Source of the DNA: Gemmatimonadota bacterium | GTDB taxonomy: Bacteria > Gemmatimonadota > Gemmatimonadetes > Palauibacterales > KS3-K002 | Length of the DNA: 64,000 nt | Direction: 5' to 3' | Assembly (NCBI GenBank): GCA_039586795.1 | Contig: JBDHJS010000007.1 | Coordinates: 1-64,000, forward strand | Shown: in pieces, positions 57,055 to 64,000 of the stretch | How positions within the stretch are numbered: position 1 is the stretch's first letter | How the letters are laid out: the number at the start of each line of letters is the position of its first letter | Notes under the pieces: generated by a model | Seen by the model: the letters and a program-made list of their open reading frames with translations, nothing else | Told to the model about the DNA's origin: nothing | Database searches by the model: none | Position numbers and translations under genes: made by a program

Positions 57055-57101
57055 CTTCTCAACTCCCGCGCTGTCGTTGCTTCATGCGAAGGCCACGCTC
57101 A

Positions 57102-57620
57102 CTACGCGGCCGCAGGCATGCTGGCGGCCTGCTCACCCGTTCGTTTCTTCCAGAAGATCAGCCGGTCCAGTCCGACGATCTGGCCGGTGGGGAACGCCAG
57201 CGTGACGAACAGGGCGGCAAGCTCAATGAGTGTCTTGTTGACGATGATGTAGTTGCCTTCCCTGGGCATGGAGTAGGTGTAGCCCGGGAACGGCGGGTTA
57301 GCTACGTAGTAGAGGCAAAGCAAGACGATCCCCGCGATGACCGCGGCACGGGTCAAGCAACCCAGCAGCAGCCCCAGTCCGATCGCGATCAATCCCCAGG
57401 TGTTCAGGAAATCGACGAAGCCAAGCATCCCCGGGCTGGCAGAAATCGATTGGAAGATACCTGAGAATAGCCATCTCGAGTCCGCCAAGAACTCGGCAGA
57501 TGTCCAGTAGGGGTTGATCGCCTTGGCAATTCCCTCGTAGAGGAAATGCCATCCGATCAGCATGCGCAGCGCTACAAGCGCCGTCGTTTGAAAGTTCGAG
57601 TAGTCCGTCGCCCGCTGCAT
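57102..57620 (-). CDS. DoxX family membrane protein
   Basis: LRMLIGWHFLYEGIAK, IGLGLLLG and GLD motifs. Confidence 0.88.
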   Translation of the reverse strand: MQRATDYSNFQTTALVALRMLIGWHFLYEGIAKAINPYWTSAEFLADSRWLFSGIFQSISASPGMLGFVDFLNTWGLIAIGLGLLLGCLTRAAVIAGIVLLCLYYVANPPFPGYTYSMPREGNYIIVNKTLIELAALFVTLAFPTGQIVGLDRLIFWKKRTGEQAASMPAAA

Positions 57621-57676
57621 CGCACACCTACCTTCCGTACTCTGTCTACGGTTACTGTCTGACGCCTATCGTCTTC

Positions 57677-58690
57677 TTATCCTCCCCATCCCCGCGACTT
57701 CCACTTTCCACCACGCGCGTCGACAACAAGGCACTCGCACTGAGGTATCGCGCTGACGAATCTGACACCCGCCTGCGGGTTCATGATGAAAATGCTCGTG
57801 GCTAGCGCGTCAGCTGCCATCGCCGTCGGCGCTATCACCGAGACGCTCTTGCTTAAGTCCGGAGACGCACCGGTTCTCGAGTTAACTATGTGGTGGTACA
57901 ACCGCTCGTGGTCGAAATAGATTTCATAGCTTCCGGAGGTCGCCACCGCACCGTCACCCATTTGAATGATGTCCGGGTAGTCACCTTCCTTCTCCGGGTC
58001 CTGCACCGCTACGGCCCACGGCTGCCCCCCTTCTTTGGCGCCCGCCGTACGCACATCACCGCCGGCGTTGATCAGGTAAGACTTTAGGCCGGACCGCGAG
58101 AGGCTTTCCGATACTCTGTCGACGATGAACCCCTTTGCGATACCGTCGAGCGTGATGCCCATGCCTTGTCTGCGGAAGCGTATCGCGTTGGGTGAGAGCT
58201 CTATGTGGCGTGAGCCAACCAGCTCCAGGATATCCGCAACTTCTCGTTCTTCCGGTCTTGCCGTATTCGTGCTGAAGAGGTCGACGAGCGGCTTCACCGT
58301 TACGTCGAACGCGCCACGGCTCAGCCGGTGGTAGTGCAAAGCGCGACCCACAACGCGGGTTACCTCGGGCGGTGAATCGAGCAGCCGACCCTGACGATTC
58401 AGGTCCGAGACGGCCGACGCACCATCGAACCGATTGAACAGCGCGATTCGGCGGTCCATCTCTCGAAAAGCCTTCCCGATCGCATCCTCCGCCAGATCAC
58501 GCGATCGATGAAGCGCGGTGATCGAGATGAACGTTCCCATCGCTGGGCGTGCGCATGTCACCTTAACGGTACGTCGATCGACCCGCGTCGCCGCCGTCCT
58601 GACCGGGGACACTTCGACGCGCTCGAGGCCCAGGTCGGCAAGCACCGAGAGCTTCCGGGCGATCCGAGCCGCGTCGTTCATGTCCTGCAT
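57677..58690 (-). CDS. apbE: FAD:protein FMN transferase
   Basis: AMGT, AFDVTV, LDGIAKG, ATSGSYE, HHI and ADALAT motifs. Confidence 0.93.
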   Translation of the reverse strand: MQDMNDAARIARKLSVLADLGLERVEVSPVRTAATRVDRRTVKVTCARPAMGTFISITALHRSRDLAEDAIGKAFREMDRRIALFNRFDGASAVSDLNRQGRLLDSPPEVTRVVGRALHYHRLSRGAFDVTVKPLVDLFSTNTARPEEREVADILELVGSRHIELSPNAIRFRRQGMGITLDGIAKGFIVDRVSESLSRSGLKSYLINAGGDVRTAGAKEGGQPWAVAVQDPEKEGDYPDIIQMGDGAVATSGSYEIYFDHERLYHHIVNSRTGASPDLSKSVSVIAPTAMAADALATSIFIMNPQAGVRFVSAIPQCECLVVDARGGKWKSRGWGG

Positions 58691-59623
58691 CTAGCGGCGT
58701 TCCTCCGCGAGCTGATCGCGGGTCCGCTCCAGGAGCGTCTTCGTCGCGCGGATCCCATCCGGCTCGCTCAGGCGGCTACCCTCGTACTCGATCCCCACGT
58801 ACCCGTGATAGCCGGCATCCAGAACGATTCCCAACATGCGTTTGTAGTCGGTATGAATCTCGTTGCCTTGCTCGTCGAAATCGTGTGATTTTGCGCTTAC
58901 CGCCTTCGCGTAGGGCATCATCTCCTGGACACCCAGGTAGCGATCGTACCAGACATCCTCCGCGATTCGGAAGTTGCCGAAGTCCGGAAGCGTCCCACAG
59001 CGCGGACTGCCGACCGCCTCGATGACACTCGCTAGCCAGGCTCCATTCGACGACAATCCACCGTGGTTTTCGATGATGACGTTGATGTCGAAGGCCGAAG
59101 CCTCTTCCGTCAGCCGCCGTAACCCATCAACCGCTAGCTCCCGCTGCTCCTCCGGTGTCCCCTCCGAGCGCGCATTGACTCGAATCGAATGACAGCCGAG
59201 AAACTTGGCCGCGTGAATCCACCGGTGATGGTTCAGAACCGCTCGCAGGCGCTCGACCTGGTCCGGCGCTCCCAGCGCGCCCTCACCGTCAACCATGATG
59301 AGAAGGCTCTTCACGCCATTGTCGTCCGCCCGAAGTTTCAACTCGGACAGATAAGCCTCGTCCTCCGCCTTGTCCTTGAAGAAAGAGTTCACGTACTCGA
59401 CGGCGTCGAGTCCGTAGTCAACACGGGCGACGCGGGGAAATTCGAGCGCGTCGAGTTCGCCGGCGTTGAGCGTACGGTGCAGCGACCACTGGGCGAGGGA
59501 GACTTTGAACAACGGCTGGTTAGCCGGCGGTATATGACCGCAGCCCGTCAGAAACGAGGGGCCCGCCAGGTAGGTTGCCGGGGTAGCCATTGCGATGCCC
59601 GCCAAGAACCGGCGACGGCTCAT
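58691..59623 (-). CDS. Tat-exported sugar phosphate isomerase/epimerase (AP_endonuc_2 TIM barrel)
   Basis: [26 protein letters not shown] and GIEYEG motifs. Confidence 0.9.
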   Translation of the reverse strand: MSRRRFLAGIAMATPATYLAGPSFLTGCGHIPPANQPLFKVSLAQWSLHRTLNAGELDALEFPRVARVDYGLDAVEYVNSFFKDKAEDEAYLSELKLRADDNGVKSLLIMVDGEGALGAPDQVERLRAVLNHHRWIHAAKFLGCHSIRVNARSEGTPEEQRELAVDGLRRLTEEASAFDINVIIENHGGLSSNGAWLASVIEAVGSPRCGTLPDFGNFRIAEDVWYDRYLGVQEMMPYAKAVSAKSHDFDEQGNEIHTDYKRMLGIVLDAGYHGYVGIEYEGSRLSEPDGIRATKTLLERTRDQLAEERR

Positions 59624-59830
59624 AGAACCTCGCGACGGTAGAACCATAAGCCTCTACCACCTTGTAGCTGTGGGGAGTCAGGCAAGTGAACGCCCGGATT
59701 GGGGCATGAACTGGACCCTGGACTCCAGTTCCGTTACCGGTCGCCGAGTTGTGATTGAACTGATTATGGGTACGGTTCTGTGCGGCCGCAAGCTGCCGGC
59801 GGTCTAGCCACCGGCAGCTCGAGGATCGGC

Positions 59831-60418
59831 TTAGCGTGTGGCCTGGTAGTAAGGATTGGAGCCCATCGAGTGGTCGGTGATATCGATCACTTCCGAGACC
59901 TCAGGGAACGCCTCGCGGATCAGCCTTTCGACCCCCTGCTTCAGCGTAACCGTGGCCATCCCACACCCCTGGCAGCCGCCGGATAGCTGGACGTAAACCA
60001 CGTTGTCCCTCACATCCACTAGAACGATCCGCCCACCATGCGCCGCAACTGCCGGGTTGATCTGAGCCTCCATAAACTGAGCGACCCTCTGGGCCAGCTC
60101 ACCGCTGGGCGGCTCCGAGCCGATCGGCTTGATGTTCGGGTTCTCGACCTGAAAGCCGCCACCACCCATCGACTCGACCCAATCTACCGAGGCGCCCTCC
60201 AGCTTTTCGACGCTCGCCTGGTCCACATAGACCTTGAACCCGTCCGCGTCGAAGATCGTGTCATCGGGCTGTTGGTCGGACTCGTCCACCAGCATGAGCT
60301 CGTACTGAGGCGCCAGCGGGCTGCCCGAGTGGACGGCGATGCGCAGCGCCACACCGCCCTCTTCTTCTTGAATGAACGACAGCACCCGCTCCCGGGCCTT
60401 GTCGGTGAACGTCAGCAT
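59831..60418 (-). CDS. nfuA: Fe-S cluster carrier NfuA
   Basis: Degenerate A-type domain plus NifU_C INPAVAAHGG...GGCQGC; C-terminal DH..G.NPYY. Confidence 0.9.
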   Translation of the reverse strand: MLTFTDKARERVLSFIQEEEGGVALRIAVHSGSPLAPQYELMLVDESDQQPDDTIFDADGFKVYVDQASVEKLEGASVDWVESMGGGGFQVENPNIKPIGSEPPSGELAQRVAQFMEAQINPAVAAHGGRIVLVDVRDNVVYVQLSGGCQGCGMATVTLKQGVERLIREAFPEVSEVIDITDHSMGSNPYYQATR

Positions 60419-60553
60419 CCGATACCTCACGAAGCTCTGGGTCCTCTGGGTGGCCACACTTCTGGCCTTTCGCTCTGAAACTACTGTAATATAGCAGCGT
60501 GGCCGAGGAGCGCAGCCGGTAGGAAATCCAGCCGGTCGACCCGGAGGTGGCGG

Positions 60554-61075
60554 ATGTCAGCAAAGACGAAGATCAGCGTGGTCAAGGGAGACATCACGGA
60601 ATTCGCAGGTGACGCGATCGTGAACGCGGCAAACAACCACTTGATCCTGGGCGCGGGCGTGGCCGGGGCGATTGATCGCAAAGGCGGGCCGACCATCCAG
60701 CAGGAGTGCCATAGACACGGCGCGATCCAGGTCGGCGAGGCGGCGATAACCGGCGCGGGCGAGCTGGTCGCCCGTTATGTCATTCATGCGGCCGCGATGG
60801 GCGACGAGCCGGCCAGCCGCACGACGATCGAGGCCGCCACACGGAATTCGCTACAACTCGCCGACGATCACGGAATCAAGACCATCGCCTTCCCGATACT
60901 GGCTTCGGGTGTCGCCGGATTTCGTCTCGATGAGGCGACGCGCATCATGCTGGCCTCGATTCGCGCCTATGTAAACGCAGGGACGACCCAGATCGAGGAG
61001 ATCACGCTGTACGGCTACTCCGATGCCGACGCGGGCACCGTTCGCGCTGTGGTCGAGGAGGATTCAGCCTCCTAG
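60554..61075 (+). CDS. Macro domain protein
   Basis: GDIT...DAIVNAAN...GAGVAGAI and IAFP motifs. Confidence 0.93.
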   Translation: MSAKTKISVVKGDITEFAGDAIVNAANNHLILGAGVAGAIDRKGGPTIQQECHRHGAIQVGEAAITGAGELVARYVIHAAAMGDEPASRTTIEAATRNSLQLADDHGIKTIAFPILASGVAGFRLDEATRIMLASIRAYVNAGTTQIEEITLYGYSDADAGTVRAVVEEDSAS

Positions 61076-61522
61076 AATTTGCAGAATCTGTTCGGCGTGA
61101 CCTTTGGGGCGCACCTTGAGAAAGACGTCCTGGATGACGCCTTCCTCGTCGACGATGAAGGTCGTTCGCAGTACGCCAATGAACGTCTTCCCGTACAGCT
61201 GCTTCTCTCCCCATGCGCCGTAGGCATCCGCCACCGCATGGTCCGGATCGCTGAGCAACGTAAAGGGGAGCTCGTACTTGGTTTTGAACTTCTGATGCGA
61301 CTTCACGCTGTCCGGGCTCACGCCCAGGATCACCGCGCCTTCTCGCTCGATCTCCCGGGTGTGATCACGAAACCCCACCGCCTCGGTAGTGCAACCCGGC
61401 GTATTGTCCTTGGGATAGAAGTAAAGAATGACCTTCTTTCCGCGCAGGTCGGACATCTTTAGCAGCTCGCCGGCGTCCGTCTGAAGCTCGAAATCAGGGG
61501 CTACGTCTCCACTCTTCAGCAC
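61064..61522 (-). CDS. bcp: Peroxiredoxin Q/BCP
   Basis: YFYPKDNTPGCT and RTTF motifs. Confidence 0.93.
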   Translation of the reverse strand: MLKSGDVAPDFELQTDAGELLKMSDLRGKKVILYFYPKDNTPGCTTEAVGFRDHTREIEREGAVILGVSPDSVKSHQKFKTKYELPFTLLSDPDHAVADAYGAWGEKQLYGKTFIGVLRTTFIVDEEGVIQDVFLKVRPKGHAEQILQILGG

Positions 61523-61653
61523 TCCGTCCTCCTTATGCAGACATGGGGGCTACATCTGTTCTAGCAAGTTCGAGAGGCCGCGGCAAGGTTCTTGCCTCTT
61601 TGATCGCTCGAGAAGCACTCACATGATGGGACTTCAAAGGCGAGCGGAAGACG

Positions 61654-62133
61654 ATGAGCAACGCGGAAAGAGAGAAGGCGCGCCTCCGGGAACGGCACGA
61701 GGCCCACGTCAGAGCCTGGAACGAGTACGATCTGGGGGCCCTGGGCGAGATCTACGATGCGAACTGCCTCATATTCGATGCTATCGCGCCACCTAAGTCC
61801 CACACTCTGAGTGACTTCCTGACTCACCTGACACCGTTGCTCCAGTCCAACAATGGCTTCCAGCTTCGCACCTTCGACCAAGTTCTGCGCATCGATGAAA
61901 AGGGCGACAGCAAGATTGGCTGGATTACCTCACGCTACGAGGTAGAGGTCCGCTACACCGATGGAATCTACCGCAGGTGTGGCCGCTGGACCGAGATCTA
62001 TGAGCGACAGCTGGAGAACTGGAAGCTGACGCATTTGCACTCGTCCGACGACAGCGCGAACGCTCTGACTAGAAGAGGTTCAGTTGTGGATCGAGCTCGT
62101 CGGGCTCGGTCACTGGCTGGCCGAGGCGTTTGA
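61654..62133 (+). CDS. NTF2/SnoaL-like protein
   Basis: GRWTEIY...WKLTHLHSS motif. Confidence 0.75.
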   Translation: MSNAEREKARLRERHEAHVRAWNEYDLGALGEIYDANCLIFDAIAPPKSHTLSDFLTHLTPLLQSNNGFQLRTFDQVLRIDEKGDSKIGWITSRYEVEVRYTDGIYRRCGRWTEIYERQLENWKLTHLHSSDDSANALTRRGSVVDRARRARSLAGRGV

Positions 62134-62878
62134 GCAGCCGCCGTGCACTGGCTGGCGAGTGGCCTTCGTAGTGGTTGTTGAAGAAGCCATAGACCTCCCG
62201 GACCTGACCTGAAAGCTCCTTCAGCACTTTCGCCCACCCGGCGATCTCGGTTGTCCGGTCGAATAGTGTTTCCGCATAGCTATCCAGATGAGGGCGATCA
62301 CCCAACCATCTGAAGTAGGCAATCTCAGAAGTCGGTTTCAATGCTTCCCGCATCACCTGATCCCTGGGAATCCACGGCCCGTCTGACAGCGCCAATCCGA
62401 CATCGGACGATCTGAGCAGATCGCCTACGTCAGCCGTGTGCCAGTCCCGCTGGCGGAATTCAACACAGAACCGGAAACCATCCGGAAGCCGCCGGAGGAA
62501 CGCCTCCAGCACCGCCCGGTCTGCCGGCGTGAAATCAGGTGGCAGCTGCACCAGTATGACGCCGAGCTTCTCCTCGAGGAGCTCTGCTCGCTTGCAGAAC
62601 GTCCTGACTACTTCGTCCCCGCCGCGCAGCCGCTTCTCATGGGTCACTTCGCCGGGAAGCTTGAGGGCGAAGCGGAAGGCATCCGGCGTGCGCTCGCGCC
62701 AGCCAATGAAATGCGAGGCCGGCGGCACTGCGTAGAACGAACTGTCCACCTCCACCGCCGTGAACGCCCTGGCGTAGACGCTCAGATACCGGGAGCTCGG
62801 CGTACCCTCGGGATAGAACGGCCCGGTCCAATCCGGATAGGACCAGCCCTGAGTGCCGATGAAGAATGAAGCCGTCAC
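62069..62878 (-). CDS. DUF72 family protein
   Basis: GTQGWSY.DW.GPFYP, VEVDSSFY, QLPP, EFR and NNHYEG motifs. Confidence 0.93.
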   Translation of the reverse strand: MTASFFIGTQGWSYPDWTGPFYPEGTPSSRYLSVYARAFTAVEVDSSFYAVPPASHFIGWRERTPDAFRFALKLPGEVTHEKRLRGGDEVVRTFCKRAELLEEKLGVILVQLPPDFTPADRAVLEAFLRRLPDGFRFCVEFRQRDWHTADVGDLLRSSDVGLALSDGPWIPRDQVMREALKPTSEIAYFRWLGDRPHLDSYAETLFDRTTEIAGWAKVLKELSGQVREVYGFFNNHYEGHSPASARRLLKRLGQPVTEPDELDPQLNLF

Positions 62879-62891
62879 AGGCTATGCAGGA

Positions 62892-63278
62892 TCAGCGACA
62901 TACGATGCGACCTGCCCGCTCGGGGTATGCGTCGAACCCCTCCTCCAGGTGGCACGTGCGGTAGTCGTCCTCGTTGGTGATATCGACCTCGTAGCTCTTA
63001 CCCGATGGGCTCACGCGATAACGGGTCTTATACGGCGCTGGCAGCTTCTTCACACGGTTCCCGCACGTCACTTCGCTGCAGTAGCGATTATGGATCAAAA
63101 ACTCGTCTCGCTGAACGACGCGGAATTCGGACAACCACATCGTCATGGCGTCGACTGTGCCGACATGCGGTTCCACGGTCGGCGACTCACCGGTCGGGAG
63201 GCCTTCTGTACTGATCGTGTGGCTGCACGCCACAGCACATAGCAAGAGCAGGTAATTACCTGCAGGCGCGCCTTTCAT
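62892..63278 (-). CDS. Hypothetical lipoprotein
   Basis: RBS-like GGAGAGG before ATG 63278; lipobox AVAC. Confidence 0.5.
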   Translation of the reverse strand: MKGAPAGNYLLLLCAVACSHTISTEGLPTGESPTVEPHVGTVDAMTMWLSEFRVVQRDEFLIHNRYCSEVTCGNRVKKLPAPYKTRYRVSPSGKSYEVDITNEDDYRTCHLEEGFDAYPERAGRIVCR

Positions 63279-63325
63279 CCTCTCCTTACCACCGGAGGAG
63301 ACTCGTTGACCCGACCTAAGATCGC

Positions 63326-64000
63326 CTACGCGCGCCGCGGACGCGAGGGCCTGAGCTCCACCCGACTGGGGAGCGAGCGTTGTTCGTGATTGAGCAACTG
63401 AAGCACGGTTCTGGCCACGTCGTCGGATGTCAGCTTCCAGGACTCCCCCGACGGGTCCCGCTCGTTGAAGTGCGTATCCACTGTTCCCGGCATGACGCAG
63501 CTGACTCGAATGTCGTGTTCCCGCACATCGAGCATCAACGCCTCGGTGAAACCCAGCAACCCGAACTTCGACGCGTTGTAGGCCGTACCGCCGGCAAAAG
63601 CATAGCGTCCGGCCAGGCTTCCTATCGTTATGATCCAGCCGCCCCCACGCTTCTTCATCTCGGGGACGACCTCGTGACAGCAGTAGTAGACGCCGGTCAG
63701 GTTGGTGTCGATCACCTGGTGCCACGCCTCCGGCTCGATCTCGTCGACGGACCCGAAGCCACCGCCAACCCCGGCGTTGGCGATGAGGATGTCGACACCG
63801 CCGAACTCCTTCACCGCCGTCCGCACCAATTGCCGCACGTCTTCCATGCGCCGCACGTCTACGCCGAGCCCCACGACACGGCCACCGCCCGCCCCATCTA
63901 TCTCCTTCCCAGAGCGCTCGGCCTCTGCGGCGCTCCGGGCGCAAAGCGCTACATCGGCTCCGGCGGCGGCCAATGAGCTGGCGATTGCATGACCGATCCC
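63326..64000 (-). CDS. SDR family oxidoreductase (5' end outside the window)
   Basis: GIGHAIA at the window edge, ANAG and YNASK motifs. Confidence 0.92.
   Translation of the reverse strand, partial: GIGHAIASSLAAAGADVALCARSAAEAERSGKEIDGAGGGRVVGLGVDVRRMEDVRQLVRTAVKEFGGVDILIANAGVGGGFGSVDEIEPEAWHQVIDTNLTGVYYCCHEVVPEMKKRGGGWIITIGSLAGRYAFAGGTAYNASKFGLLGFTEALMLDVREHDIRVSCVMPGTVDTHFNERDPSGESWKLTSDDVARTVLQLLNHEQRSLPSRVELRPSRPRRA

Noticed and set aside
62069..62133. 65-bp convergent overlap of the NTF2-like and DUF72 genes as a frameshift or pseudogene
   Set aside because: Both domains are complete before the overlap; a simple C-terminal extension explains it.
63279..63944. N-terminal extension of ORF 62892..63944
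   Set aside because: Alternate frame over the SDR gene; a plausible start with RBS is at 63278.

Overview
High-GC bacterial window whose gene content resembles Gemmatimonadota (inference). The most notable locus is at 0.37-10.2 kb. It encodes three HlyD/MFP-type proteins (GAF-GAF-HlyD, an MFP lipoprotein, and a fusion of an RRE/PqqD-like domain, an M50 peptidase and HlyD) and a CRP-family regulator with a degenerate cAMP pocket. These are followed by a phased array of CRP-like boxes, a 48-aa peptide gene missing from the ORF track (...VEELEERVSP-RRAAK, with its own RBS and terminator), and a DZR-adenylate cyclase-STAND-TPR protein. Together they look like a peptide processing/export and signalling system. 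Other contents: a membrane Ser/Thr kinase; a tricorn protease; a sigma54 regulon with visible -24/-12 promoters and five enhancer sites, driving lipoproteins and an 11-heme cytochrome c; a Tat-exported aminotransferase; a ~100-bp palindrome next to a gene end lacking C-ending codons; a GH38-EEP-HAD operon; hemE-hemH-hemY; SCO/PCuAC; a cobalamin riboswitch with btuB-(btuG-like)-btuFCD; a 3-keto-glycoside-type sugar cluster with ApbE, DoxX and a flavinylation-like motif; nfuA, bcp and two DUF72 genes. No rRNA, tRNA, CRISPR array or transposase was seen.
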